A stretch of DNA of 64,000 nt from positions 18,073,325 to 18,137,324 of the forward strand of contig NC_057751.1 of NCBI RefSeq assembly GCF_004010195.1. Reading direction: 5' to 3'. Origin of the DNA: Chiloscyllium plagiosum (taxonomy: Eukaryota). Position numbers and translations under genes: made by a program. The notes below the pieces were generated by a model. The model saw nothing but the letters and a program-made list of their open reading frames with translations, searched no databases and was not told the DNA's origin. Shown piece after piece: positions 13,725 to 27,538 of this stretch. Numbering within the stretch: the first letter of the stretch is position 1; each line of letters starts with the position of its first letter.

Positions 13725-16420
13725 GGCTCAAGTGTCTATACTTCAACGCAAGGAGTACCAGAAATAAGGTGGGTGAACTTAAGGCGTGGATCAGTACTTG
13801 GGACTACGATGTTGTGGCCATCACGGAAACGTGGATATAAGAGAGACAGGAATGGTTGTTGGAGGGTCCTGGTTACAGATGTTTCAGTAAGATTGGGGTT
13901 GGGTGGTAAAAAAGGAGGGGTGTGGCGTTGCTAATTAGAAATGGTATAACGGCTGCAGAAAAGCAGTTCGAGGGGGATCTGCCTATGGAGGTAGAATGGG
14001 CTGAAGTCAGAAATAGGAAAGGAGCAGTCACCTTTTTGGGTGTTTACTATAGGACTCCCAGTAGCAGCAGAAATGTGGAGAAACACACTGGGAAACAGAT
14101 TTTGGAAAGGCGATTTCAACTTCCCAGATATTGATTGGAAGCTCTTTAGATCAAGTAGATTGGATGGGGCGGTGTTTATGCAGTGTGTCCAGGAAGCCTT
14201 TCTAACTCAGTATGTAGATTGCTCGACCAGAGGGGAAGCCATATTGGATTTGGTACTTGGTAACGAACCGGGACAAGTGATGGGCTTGTTACTGGGTGAG
14301 CATTTTGGTAATGGTGGCCACAATTATGTGACTTTCACCTTGGTTATGGAGAGAGATAGCTGCGTGCAACAGGGCAGGTTTTACAATTGGGGGAAGGGTA
14401 AAAACGATGCTGCAGGACAGGATCTGAGGAGCATAAATTGGGAGCATAGGCTGTCAGGGAAGGATGTCGTTGAAATATGGAACCTTTTCAAGGAACAGAT
14501 ACGACGTGTCCTTGATATGTATGTATCTGTCAGGCAAGAAAGAGATGATCGTGTGAGGGTACCTTTGTTGATGAGGGAGGTTGAATGTCTTGTCAAGAGG
14601 AAGAAGGAGGCTTACATAAGGTTGAGGAAACAAGGTTCAGACAGAGCGTTGGAGGGATACAGGATAGCCAGGAGGGAGCTGAAGAAAGGGATTAGGAGAG
14701 CTCAGAGAGGGCATGAAAAATCTTTGGCAGGTAGGATCAAGGATAACCCCAAGGTCTTTTATGCGTATGTGAGAAACATGAGAATGACGAGAACGAGGGT
14801 AGGTCCGATCAAGGACAGTAGTGGGCGACTGTGTATTGAGTCGGAAGAGATAGGAGAGGTCTTGAATGCGTACTTTTCTTCAGTATTTACAAATGTGAGG
14901 GACCGTATTGTTGAAGAGGAGAGTATGAAACTGACTGGTAAGTTCAAGGAGATACTTGTTAGGAAGGAAGATGTGTTGGGCATTTTGAAAAACTTGAGGA
15001 TAGGCAAGTCCCCGTGGCCTGACGGGATTTATCCTAGGATTATGTGGGAAGCAAGAGAGGAAATTGCAGAACCGTTGGCAATGATCTTTTCGTCTTCATT
15101 GTCAATGTGGGTGGTGCCAGTGGACTGGAGTATGGCGAATGTTGTGCCACTGTTCAAAAAAGCGAGTAGAGATAACCCCGGGAATTACAGGCCAGTTAGT
15201 CTTACTTCAGTGGTAGGCAAATTAATGGAAAGGGTACTGAGGGATAGGATTTATGAGTATCTGGAAATACACTGCTTGATTAGGGACAGCCAGCACGGAT
15301 TTGTGAAGGGTAGGTCTTGCCTTACAAGTCTTATTGAATTCTTTGAGGAGGTGACAAAGCATGTGGATGAGGGTAGAGCAGTGGATGTAGTGTACGTGGA
15401 TTTTAGTAAGGCATTTGATAAGGTTCCCCATGGTAAGCTTATGCGGAAAGTCAGGAGGCATGGGATAGTGGGAAGTTTGGCCAGTTGGATAGAGAACTGG
15501 CTAACCAGTCGAAGTCATAGAGTGGTGGTAGATGGTAAATATTCAGCCTGGAGCCCAGTTACAAGTGGAGTGTAATTTTTATTAATGACTTGGAAGAGGG
15601 AGGCGAAGGGTGGGTCAGTAAATTTGCAGACAATACTAAGATTGGTGGAGTTGTGGATAGTGAGGAGGGCTGTTGTCGGCTACAAAGGGATTTAGATATG
15701 ATACAGAGCTGGGCTGAGGAGTGGCAGATGGAATTCAACCCTGTCAAGTGTGAGGTTGTCCATTTTGGAAGGACAAATAAGAATGTGGAATACAGGGTTA
15801 ACGGTAGGGTTCTTAGTAAGGTGGAGGAGCAGAGGAGTCTTGGGGTCTATGTTCATAGATCTTTGAAAGTTACCACTCAGGTGGATAGAGCTTGTAATAA
15901 CGCCTATGGCGTATTAGCGTTCATTAGCAGAGGGATTGAATCCAAGAGTCGTGAGGTGATGTTACAGCTGTATAGGACCATGGTAAGGCCTCATTTGGAG
16001 TACTGTATACAGCTCTGGTCGCCTCATTTTAGGAAAGATGTGGAAGCTTTGGAGAGGGTGCAGAGAAGATTTACCAGGCTGTTGCCTAGAATGGAGAATA
16101 GGTCGTACGAGGATAGGTTGAGAGTCGTAGGCCTTTTCTCATTGGAACGGCGAAGGATGAGGGGTGACTTGATAGTGGTTTATAAAATGATCAGAGGAAT
16201 AGATAGAGTAGACAGTCAGAAACGTTTCCCCCGGGTACAACAGAGTGTGACAAGGGGACATAAATTTAAGGTGAAGGGTGGTAGGTAGAGGGGGGATGTC
16301 AGGGGTAGGTTCTTTACCCAGAGAGTGGTGGGAGCATGGAACTGCCTGTGGGAGTGGCAGAGTCGGAATCATTGGTGACCTTTCAGCAGCAATTGGATAG
16401 GTACATGGATAGGTGCTTAA
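13725..16420 (+). pseudogene. CR1 ORF2: APE endonuclease and reverse transcriptase, disrupted
   Basis: LKCLYFNARS...VVAITETW, GDFNFP, LDLVL, NYRPVSLTSVVGKLME, YVDFSKAFDKVPH, KFADNTKIG. Frameshifts, and the PQGSVLGP motif is deleted at about 15572. Confidence 0.92.
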
Positions 16421-17365
16421 GCTAGGACAAATGTTCGGCACAACATCGTGGTCCGAAGGGCCTATTCTGTGCTGTATTGTTCTATGTTCTATGTTCTATG
16501 TCACTCGGACGAAACATTTGCAATGTTTATCGAATTTATCCGATCTACTTCAGGAGACAGGCTTGGTGGTAAACCCATCTAAAAGAGAATTTGCTAAAAC
16601 CCAAGACACCTTCCTGGGCTATGTTATTAGACATAGACAAATGGACCCACAGGAAAGGAAACGGAAATAGTTGGGGGATTTCCGACGCCATCAATAGAAA
16701 GTGCTGTACTACGGTTCCTGGGACTCAGTGGATTTTATTGAACGTTTATGCCAAATTTTATCAGTGTGTCTGATACACTCATTGAATTGCTAAAGAAAGA
16801 CCAGATGTTTCAGTGGACAGCGCACTGTCGGAAAGCTTTTGACACCCTGGAAACTGTGTTAACCACGCTCCGTTATTAGCCACACCTGATTACACAATGC
16901 CTTTCAAGTTGGGTATCGATGTCTGTGAGGTGGATGTCTGTGCTATGTTCCTTCAGGAAGACAACGATAAGAATGCAAGACGTTTCGGGTATTTCTCCAT
17001 GAAATTGAATGTTAATCAGCAGAAATATTCGACGGTTGAGAAAGAGACTTTAAAATTGTTGTTGGCACGACAGCACTTCAGTGCTTCTCCTACTCGCAAC
17101 GTATCTGAGACTGTCGTATACACTGATCAAAACTCATTGAAATTTATGGACAATTTTAAGGACAAAATGCCACACGGTTTAGATGAAGCTTGATATTGCA
17201 GCCACTCAATTTTACAATCGTGCATGTGGCCAGTCGAGACAACGTGATTGCCAATGCATTGACGGCTGGAATCGGATGTGAAGGCTTTTGATAGTGGGAT
17301 TACCACAGAGTGAATCCGAATGAAGTTGTGCATGTTTGCATGTGTATAGTCAGTGCAATGTAGTT

Positions 17366-17380
17366 GTGTGTGTGTGTGTG

Positions 17381-17423
<43 letters not shown>
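17366..17423. repeat. (GT)n microsatellite in the Gypsy 3' UTR
   Basis: Directly visible. Confidence 0.95.
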
Positions 17424-17424
<1 letters not shown>

Positions 17425-20400
17425 TTTTTGAGAACGAACCATTTTTAAGGCGTTTTAATTGTGATGCCATATTTGGACACAGTTAGTTCTTTTAAGGGGG
17501 GGAGGTGATACAAAACTGGTTCTTTTTCTCAAAGTTGCTTTGTCCTTGATTTCTTTTTCAGAGTGTTTGCTAAACAGCCCAGGCTCCAAACCGGCTGAGT
17601 TGGTGTAGTGATGAACTTTTTGGGACCGTTGTGATTTCCCAGAACAGGTAGTGCTTCAGACCAAAAGCTTGGAAGGTCTTTTGTAAAACTGTTACAGTCA
17701 AGGGGTCGTGGTCAGTTCTCTCGCTGCGCAGTTCACTTCAGAACTTTAGTCAATTCTGTTGCAGCAGGGGATGTGCGAAGTAAGCTGCTAAGTTCTCTCT
17801 CTTCTTGCAAACTGTAAGCCTTCGTTTGATTTTTTTTCCTTTATGCTAAGGGACATGTGTAATGGGGCTGTTGTAAGCATTTTCGGAACAGTATCATTAA
17901 AGAGGGTTAGGATAGGGTAAATTAGGTATTTTTTTTTGTTCTTCGTCTTTTATTCTGTATGTTTGTAAACAAATCTTGTTTGTTTAAAAGTTGACACAGC
18001 TAATTTACATCAGGAATATCCAATCTGCAGCCACCGAAACAATTAGCAAAGTTACAGGCTGGACTATTTACTTTAAAATATTTTGAGGGACCTAGTCCGT
18101 AACAAGTAGACCCAGCACTAAGAAATCTTGCTTTGATCAGATCATTGTTGGCACCTTTTTGAGCACTTTTCATTTGTTCATTTCATTTGTTGTCCCCAAT
18201 CCCCTTTACTCAACTGTTGTGTAATGGAGTTCATTGAAGATGTGCAGTAAAATTCGTCTTTCAACTAATATTTTATACTGTGTCTCATTGCACGATAATT
18301 TTGCAAAGGACCTGCCACAAATTCCTTCAGGGATGGCGAATTATTCTTCAAAAGACCAACTGTTTTGGCCTCAAATACTGTCCGTAGGAAGAAATGTCGT
18401 AGGCTCACCCCTCTCTGGGTCACGACATTTATCCTCGTCTCAGCCCGAAACTGTTTACCCTTTGTCCTTCAACTGACGCCACTACGACTAGAAGAAAACT
18501 CCACTTGTTTGTACAAAGCATTTTGTCTTTAAACACTAATTGAAATTTCTTTCGGATTTTCTAAGTTTTCTTGCAATCCTAATTCAATTTCTATTTTACT
18601 GTAATAATTAGTCGCTTGGTTTACCTGTGATGACTACTAAACAGGTCCAACTCCTCACGTGTACTGCTCTTTCAGGTCCAACACAATTTGAAAGCCTCAT
18701 TTTTGCGTATAATATTATCTCTAACTTATGTTGGAAGAGATGATTTGGTCCCGGGTTTCCTTGCACTTTTGTTCTCGATTGGATCATAGCTTTTTTAAAA
18801 AAAATCATCCATTCAGTCTGGTTTCATAAGTCACAGAAATGCTAATTTATTTCTTCTACAGTTGAATATCTCGTGTATTTCCACAGGTTTTCTTTCTTCC
18901 CTCGTTCAGGAGAACCAATCGTGGCGTTTCGAAATTTGTTACTGCTGCTTTCTGCTGTGAGATAATTGACCCAGCAGTATCAAAAGTTCTGTATCTGTTT
19001 CTGAGGGGAATAGCCACAGGAGATTCTTGCGTTGTCCTCTAGTCGTCTGACGCGAAGTGGTGGTCACTCATTCACTTCCAGCTTGTAGAATTTTAGTGTG
19101 CAGTGCGACAAGCTTCACAAGATTCCTTCTGCTTCACGGATGCAACAGTGTTCACAGCCGCAATCCAGTTCCGTGTGATTACGGAAGGAATAACGTGTTT
19201 AGTTGATGCACTAGCTGTAAACCAGGAGTAGGGTCTTTCTCTGAGAGTTGCAAGTGGTTAAAAAAGGGGGTGAATGCAACATGTAACTACAAGTCACTGT
19301 GTGAATTAAAAGCCAAGTCTTTAGGTGACAGAGGAAACGGAAGGCTGGACACAGTTGGTGAGCGTGTGAAATAAGAATTGCACAGTAGATGTTCCGACAG
19401 CAAAGAAATATATGGTGTGTTACCCCATTTTCATTTGACGTATCATACCACCAACCAACCCATCGTTGAAATTCCAAATGATGGCCATTCAATATCATTC
19501 CACGTGTGTTGACATTATTAGTAACTAGAGATCTGTCAATTTCTGAATTCATGATGGGACTTCCACAGATCGCTGGAGCATGTGACGTGGGCGAAGTGAC
19601 TCCTCCTTATAAATGGCTTGTCTTTTTTTTCTGAGACATTTTACAGGTACTAGCTTGCATAATTTGTGAGAACTCTTGTTGCACTTAATAACAATCCAAT
19701 TCAGAAAGTTCGGAATTTTCTTGAATATTACCACAAACTTCCAATGACAAATATTGCAGTCTCGGCCATCCTGAGGCACGGAGATGGGAACTCTCAAATG
19801 CTAGGTGCTTTCTATCGAGTATTCAATTCACTGGAAGCCTAACATGTTTCCTTCTGTGGCCCAATCCTATCGTATTAACGGCTAACATGCCGCCTACAAA
19901 CTGACCAGTTTGTTCTCGGTGCATTCTTCTTGGCAGTGACTCATGAACAAGAACACCGGGTATTTTTGTTGTGAATATTAACACTTCTTAAAATTTGATT
20001 TCTGTTGATGTTACGACTGATAATGTCATGTGACAAACTGAGTACTAGCTTGGTGGATTAAAGACGAATTGAAAAAACTTTGAATACCAAACATCAGAAT
20101 AAAAAAAAACAATTGTTGCAGAACAGTTATGTGCAAGGGCCACTCGCCAGGAATGATTAACTCTGATTTGTGTCCACAGATGCTGATGCCCTCGCGACTT
20201 TGACTAAGATAGAAGATGGTGGTAGCAGATTGCTTGGTTGTGAAATCTGACATGTTAAACAGAGCTGAGGATTCCCCTTACATTTCACTGTGTCACCGAA
20301 GATAATTGCCCATTTTAGAGGCTTCGGTTCAGCAGAATATTCTAGGTAATAAAAAAAATACAGTTATTGGAGAGATTGGATGGTTTTCCTGACCCCAGAT

Positions 20401-20935
20401 TCGACCGGGAAGCTTGCAGGCGACCAGCACCCTATAAGTAATGCACAACAGTACACGATTGTGCCATGCAACTCTGCTCCATTATTCAACCATACCACGG
20501 CTGCTCTGATTTGAACTATAACTCTATATTCATGCACATTCACCTTGGGAATCAAGAATCTATTTAATACTCATTTCAGGATATTTAAAAATTCCTTACA
20601 CAATGCCTTTTAAGGAAGGGAATTCGAATGACTCCCATCCCTCTGAGACAAAGATATGTTTTCTAACCTCTGTCTTGATTGGTGCTGTTTTCTTTTCACA
20701 CCGTGACCGTTTGTTCTGGAATGTCTCACAAGTGATAAGATCCTATACATGTTTTCACTATCGCGTACCCGCACAGCCTTATAAAATTTTAAGTAAGTTA
20801 ATTCTGACTCTTCTACACATCAGCAGGTAGACTAGAGAATAGACTATCAAACCTTTTTTCGGATTAGTCAATACATTCGTTCCAGTATCTATTCAAGGAA
20901 CCCTTTGGAACGACTTCCATTACATTAACATCTAT

Positions 20936-21649
20936 TGAGACGATGCTGTCACTTTAAACAGGTATTTTTTTGTCCTTGCTTTTTTTTTAAAGAGAGCAGA
21001 GATGCCGAGGTTTCCTGCGATTTTAACATTATAACAATGGAGGGGAGCGGCCAGTTCTCCCAGTTCAATGTTTTATTGGTGGTTTGGTTTAGCTGTGGCA
21101 ATCACAAGATGCAAGAGTACAGGCAAGATTCCAAGATTCAGCAGATGTTTCCTCATCGAATTTCCTTTCCGAAATTACTTTGGAAGTTGCGACGTCTTGC
21201 GAGTAAGAATCTTTGTTTTAAATTTGGCATTTCCCAAGGGATGTGTTTAAGACATATTACTGAATTAGAACAGATTTTCCAGTCACGTTTACCAGTAATT
21301 AAGTTATTCATAATTCCTATTTCGTTTGTTCATATTGCAACTATCGTGTTTGAAGACATTATGTTTTGCTTAAAGACGAGTGGTTTGATTAGCTGCATCA
21401 CAGCTCGATTCCCTGGTGATATGCTGCCGAGTGGTGGACTTAAAAACACGAAGTTGCAGACTGAGCTGAATTCCAACTTGGTTCCTATTTCTTCTGGGTG
21501 AGTGCTCCGAATCAATCCCGAATATAATTGAGTGAAATCAGCTATTCAGAGAAAATATCATCTTCACAATATTCTTTAAAATAAATAAATGTTAGGGTCT
21601 AGACTACCTGTTTAAAACATTTTAACGTGATCTCGGCTGATCCATAACA
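20936..21649 (+). mobile_element. Solo LTR related to 17506-18104
   Basis: Shared blocks (aatggaggggagcggccagttctc vs aaggggtcgtggtcagttctc; gttagggtctagactac...atccataaCA). The 5' boundary is approximate. Confidence 0.6.
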
Positions 21650-21693
21650 AGCTTGAAATAATTTGATATTTTGGAGAAATAATTCATTGTTAT

Positions 21694-24400
21694 CCAAGAT
21701 GGCGCCAGAGCAAGTTGACTCCTTGCAAGCTGTCTACAGCTGATTTTGTTCTTACATAAATTAAATCTACTTGCAGATCTGAGGATGCTCTCGTCGAAAA
21801 TGGGTGATTACCGACGCTGGACTGCGAGCCCGACCTCGCTTTGGAACCCTACAACCCAAGCATCGTACGGGAAGGAGAACTGACTCTGCAGTGACAACAT
21901 ATCGAGGGGGCCCGATCAAAAATGACCATGAAATCCCTCAGAAGGTTCAAGGTCATGACTGGTGCTGAGGAACCAATCAGATGCACTCAATTAAAGTCTG
22001 GAGCAGTAGACTTACCTAATCGATGACAAGAGCACACAGGCTGTTCAAAGTCTGTGCTCAGGACCACATATAGAGAACTCACATATTTTCTCTGAATAGC
22101 TGATTTCACTCAATGATATCCGGGATTGATTAGGAGCACTCACCAGGAACCAAGTTGGACTTCAGCTAAGTCTGCAACTTCGAGCTTTTAAGTCCACCAA
22201 TCGCCAGCATATTACTTGGGAAGTGTCCAAGCTATCAAGAAAAAGATGGACCACCTTAAAGCTAGACTCGCTTTCAAAACGGAATTGAAAGAATGAAGTG
22301 CAATCTGGGTCATAGAGACATGACTCATCCCGTTAACACCAGACTGTGCCTTGCAACCTTTTGTGATTCTTAATTCACTGAATGGACCACTCAGCGTCCA
22401 CAATCAAGCCAAGGATCAGTGGGCTCTGCCTCCTCATTAATGCCAACTGGTACTCAGACGTCGCTTTTCCGGTGAGTTACTGCTCCCTGGACTTAAAGTA
22501 GTATCAAAGTGCCATCCCTGCTACCTGATCTCATGTTCACCGCCAATGTTCTAATCGCAGTCCACCTCTCTCCCAATGTAGAAGTGAAAAACACACTGAT
22601 GAAATCACAAATAGCCTTGACTCAGAACACCCAGAGATATTATTCGTCATAGCTGGTGACCACAACTGGGCCAACTTCACGAATGTGTTATTGAACTTGC
22701 ACAAAATATTTCCTGTCCCAGTAGATGTCCAAACATCCCTGATTATCAAATATACTTACAACCATCAAAGGTGGCGACTGCTCCATTCCCCAGCACACAT
22801 TTTGGAAAACCAAAAAACAACGCGGTGCTCCTATTCCCGGCTTATAATTATAAATTCAAACTCAAGAACTGTTAACAAAACTGTTTATGTGATGATCTGA
22901 GGAAGCAGAAAGGTTTATTTGAAACTTCTTAGAAACGGTACACTACTCAATAATCAAGAACTCATTGTCATAATTAAACAAGAATGCCACTCCTGTCACA
23001 GACTTCATTACCAAATGCATCGATGAATGTGTACCGAAGTGCTAAATGAATGAAACAGAAAGAACTACTCCTGAATGAAGTTCATTTCTGAGGCATTCAA
23101 GTTAGGAGAATCCACCATACGCATTAAATATCAGTACAGACTTTGCAAGGTCACCAGAGATATTAATACCACATTAAGCTTGAATTCCGGACTAAATATA
23201 TAGGCACTTATCATTTCTGTTAAAGTTTGCATAACAGAACAGGCGAGAAATAGAATTTGAACAGCATTGTGGGTAACAGAGCATCTCTACCCAATGAGAT
23301 CTCTGTATTCTGTGCTAGCTTTAAACAGAACAGCAGGGGAATGATGTCACTTGTACCAACAGATTCGGATGCATCTCTATCCTCATTCAAAATCAAGATG
23401 TTATATTGAATTTATTGAACATGAACTTCTGGAAAGAGAGAGGCACAGATGGATGTCCAGACGTGGATTCAGATTCTGTATGTACAAACAGGCAGGAGTA
23501 TTCGCAGACATTGTAAACCTCTCTTTACTCTGACTGGAGGTTCCAAAATGCTTCAACAAGACTACAATCTTCCAAGTCCCAAAGAAAATTCATGAAGTGT
23601 ATCTCAATGACTGCCACACAGTAGCTCTGATAACCACAATCTGGAAAGATTCGTCAGTTTGGTCATGGCACAATTAGACTCCAGCCTCCCAGATTGTCTT
23701 GATTCCACGTAATTCGCCTGCCTGTGCAGCAGATCCATTGCAGGCGCTATCTCCCTGACACATGACTGGTCACTAGGACATCTGTACAAAAAATATAATT
23801 ATGTCAGACTCCTACTTATTGATTACATCTCGATCTTCAGTATCATAATTCCAAACAAAGTCATCACTAAACGTCTTGATCTAGGTCTCTTTCCCTATTT
23901 ATAAATTGATTATCGAATTACAGATGACAGTACATCTTGCCTGATGATCCTCAAAAGCGGTGCCTTGCAAAGTTGTAGACTCCGCCCCTTACAATATTTC
24001 TTATACATGCGACTGTGTGATCAAGTTCTGCATGATCTCCATTTAGAAATTACAAGCTGATGACATTTCTGCATGTCAATTGTTAAGTAATGAAGAGACT
24101 GAGTAAAGGAAAGGGAAAACGTGATTAGCAGCACAGTGTCAACACAGAAAAATCTCTCCATCAACCTCAGAATAACCATGGAGGTGTTCATTGACTGCAA
24201 GATATGTTATGGTGCTGAGCTGGAATGGTGGACAGTATAAGGTTCGTGCGAGTGAGAATCAGCAACAATCTGTCATAATCCACCGATGTTAACACGGTGC
24301 TCAAGCAAGCACAATAACACACCACTTCATTTTCAGGAGCTAAGGAACTCTGGCTTTTACATATGGACTCTGACAGTTTTTCTTTTAAATAGATGGACGA
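21694..24400 (+). mobile_element. Degenerate Rex1/Babar-type non-LTR retrotransposon
   Basis: Starts ccaagatggcgcc. Decayed ASILLGSVQAIKKKMD endonuclease start, QAGVFADIVNLSL, LNDCHTVALIT, YVRLLLIDYISIFSIIIP RT motifs. Confidence 0.75.
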
Positions 24401-24840
24401 TATCGCCTATTTAAGCGACTTTACATCTTTGCATTTCAGATAGATATTATTGTAGCTGGTGTTACCGCTATGTATTTGTGCACTGAGTTCCCTTTTAGTC
24501 TCCAGTTGTACGTGTTCAGCCAACAATTGTAAAATTGTTCAGGCTGAATATCAGTGCACCCAATATGCATTATCGTTGGAAAATGCTGTGCTGTTCCATG
24601 ACAGACATTACTGGCTGAAAGAAAGCTTCAGGCAGTTCTGTACAGCTCACAAATTAATCTCGCTCAGGTAGGTGAAAAGTACTGTTTCATGTTTCTTGAT
24701 TTCCAGCATGAATAAGCTTCTCATCTCCTCAATGGAAATGCTAACTTGGAGGATGCCATTCAGTTGAAGTTCATTTCTGTTACGAAGTAGAAAGAGGGTA
24801 TGGGCACTTTCAGATAAAGATGCCTTTTGTTAAACTGAAA

Positions 24841-25561
24841 GATTATGACAGCATATGTAACTGTGATTACATGACATGTCCAGAGACTACCGAGAATTGA
24901 TAGCATGGTGTTGTCTTTTGTTGCTTCGGCTACTGGGTTTGAATTTTAAATCACTAGTTTAAATTAGGCCCAAAATGCAAATTGGATTTCAATTTGAGAA
25001 TATTTGCATCATTGGATCAATGAGCGCGTCTGCACTTGGGGTTAAGAAAGGAAGGGTATTTTGAAAATTCGTCATAGCTCATTGACCAACGCACATTAGC
25101 GTACATGTCAACTGAAATGGGATCTCAACGCTCCCAGAGAAATCTCCCAGGAAGCAGTATCTGTCAGGGTAACTTTTCCAATGAAAACAGTAAACAGTCA
25201 TAGAAGACGACCCAGGGAGAAGACAGCAGATTCGGACCATCTGAAGGAAGCTATCATAAGAGACAGTGTGGATTTTGAGAGAGAAAATTGATGTACTATT
25301 TAATAATGCTGTTATTGGAGCAGCATTCGAATAGAGTTGCAATCAGGCATTGATTCAAAAAAGGAGGCTCGGACTTATTCATACTTTTTCATTAGTGTTC
25401 ACTGTCAGAGCTTGGGAAATAAATTGTTTTTTCCCTTTAAACTGTGGAAATTAGGAAGAGTCTTTTCTTAACACATGTTTTTAGCATATTCCTAGGTGAG
25501 CCAACCTTTTCTGGGTGTTTTAATTTTAATTAACAAAGGGTTCAAACTCCACGTCTTTACA
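24841..25561 (+). mobile_element. Solo LTR distantly related to the 5701/11652 LTR family
   Basis: The ttatgac...gaattgatagca start and ...aattaacaaagggttcaaactccacgtctttaCA end resemble the LTR ends. It is absent from the paralogous segment near 49.3 kb. Confidence 0.55.
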
Positions 25562-25624
25562 CCTGGCAAATGTATTAACGGCATATAAACTTTGAACAGT
25601 ATCTAATATTCATGCTGAATGGAA

Positions 25625-26065
25625 TAGAATAAACAGAATATTATTTATTGTCTTGTGCACCCACGTATGAATTACAGTGAGATGTTTACAATGTCTCCAC
25701 ACTGGGCGCCAACGTAGATACAAAGTACTTTACAATGTTTTCTTTGTGCTGACTGCCCGCGCCAGACTTAATACCAACACATGTCCCAGCTCCACTCTAT
25801 TCCTCCACACTACTCTGCTGTCTGCTACCCCAGGCCTTTAAACCACTTCGCTCCAGCTTTCAGATGCTCCACGCCAATCCAAGGCTCAAGACCGCTTTGC
25901 TCTGGCTGTCAGTTGCTCATAGCCACATTTTCTTAAAAGAAACAGCTTAAAATCTTCAGGAAAGAAAAAAAAAGAGGAAGAAGGAAAGGAAACGAAAATG
26001 GATGGATTCACGAGTCTGAAGCTGAGGAGCACGTGCGCGGCCTCCTCCTCCGTTGCCATCTTGGA
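25625..26065 (-). mobile_element. Short non-autonomous element with a Rex1-like 5' end (caagatggc)
   Basis: Minus strand starts ccaagatggcaacggaggagg and ends with aataaa and a ttcta-type tail. A paralogous copy lies at about 49345-49700. Confidence 0.45.
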
Positions 26066-26726
26066 ACATTTAAGAACAGAGGCAAATTATCACTATTGAA
26101 GTCACTTATAGTTATCGCTAAATTAACATTATTTGAAAAGAAAAAATAAGATGCATCTAGTTTCTCTGACATTTATTTATTTTGGGATTCGACTCTTGTA
26201 TTGAAACCACGGCTTCTCTCTTCTGGAACTAACTGTACCAGGAACGTTGTTAATTCTGAATCAATGTAAATTTCATGCAGATTTTGTTTCCTTTCTGTTT
26301 TAGAAAGAGGATATGCCCCTTCAAAGAAAGCTACAAAACGTTACCTCCAATAGCTCAATGTCCACAACTCAAAAGTATTAACCGCACCTTAAGTGAAGAC
26401 ATTTTTCATCATGTCAGTCCATATCTCTGAAACGTCAACAACCTCAACTAACTGAGCGTTAGTTCAATATTATCCGACTAAGGGAAAAAATGTTATTAGA
26501 ATCAATATTGTAAATGTTTCGAAGGGTATTACAAAAAAGATCTGAAACAGATCTTTTTTTTCTGTAATTCACGATCACTGTACTATTCTTCTTAGCCATT
26601 GTTATGTCATATTGACTGTATGGAATATGTGATGATACTATGCCTTTTAGAGATGTTTCCATCTTGATTCTCTTGTAGAGGAACGTTGTCACAAGTGACA
26701 AAATGTCTCCCTGTGACAAACATTTT

Positions 26727-27538
26727 GAAGACAGATTTGATTTCTCATTTCAGGTTTTCTTTTTATTTCAGTATGACAAAAGAAACACGACTGAGCATGA
26801 TAAGGCTCACACAGTTCCAGCGAATATGATTTGACTCAAGTGAGGATTTTTATTGGCTCCTTGAGTTGAAGGCATAAATACTCTGTTGCTGAAGTAAAGG
26901 CTTAGGCGGAGAGGCTTCTTCTAAATCACAAGGATTGGCGAGCGACAGCACGTCAGGTTAATAATTGTGTTCTTGTATTGCCTTTGCACAGGGCGTGTTT
27001 ATGGTATGATATCTACATCAAAAGAGTTGATGATTGCTGGCTAAATGATACATTAACATGTTAAGTATGCCAAGGATTTAAAGTTAGGCCTAATCTTCTT
27101 TTTGTTATATTTTAACTGTGTTTTAACAATAAGTTACATTTTAATGAAAGCTGCATATTCAAGAAATCGAATCATACCTGGAACTCAGTGCCTGACCCTT
27201 GTGTTTTTTTAAAAAATATATAAAATTCGGATCTATGATTGAGGTGGGTTACGTTGAGGGGTAGTTGTGGTCTGGTCTGAATTGGTCCATAACAATGGAA
27301 ATGGCAAGTCAGCTTCTGCCTTGCGACGCAATCATTCGGACATGATCACATGACCAGAGCAGAAAGGTGGAGTTTGCATTCATTTCTCTCCCTCTGCAAA
27401 TATATTTGCCTTAGTAAGGAGGCATATTGCAAGAAGACAGATTTGATTTCTCATTTCAGGTTTTCTTTTTTATTTCAGTATGACAAAAGAAACACGACTG
27501 AGCATGATAAGGCTCACACAGTTCCAGCGAATATGATT
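26727..27538 (+). repeat. 105/106-bp near-perfect direct repeat (26727-26831 and 27433-27538) around a ~600-bp insert containing an LTR 3' end
   Basis: The copies differ only by one T in a T run. The insert contains ...tggtccataaCA at about 27293. Confidence 0.9.

Larger units (their letters stand above)
12422..16500 (+). mobile_element. Near full-length CR1 LINE (5' UTR, ORF1, ORF2, microsatellite tail)
   Basis: ORF1 and ORF2 are listed separately. (TTCTATG)n tail. gtcac is duplicated at 12417-12421 and 16500-16504. Confidence 0.95.
12351..18104 (+). mobile_element. 3' part of a second Gmr1-type Gypsy element (RT-RNase H, PPT, LTR), split by a CR1
   Basis: KIDDLVIFRH near 12393-12421 continues after the CR1 as KHLQCLSNLSDLLQETGLVVNPSKREFAK. 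RNase H PFKLGIDVCEVDVCAMFLQ...QQKYSTVEKETL, ending HVASRDNVIANALT with no integrase after it. PPT aagggggggagg, then an LTR at about 17506-18104 ending gtccgtaaCA. Confidence 0.85.

Noticed and set aside
20935..21501. 188-aa ORF
   Set aside because: It lies within a solo LTR, has a non-ATG start and shows no recognisable motif.
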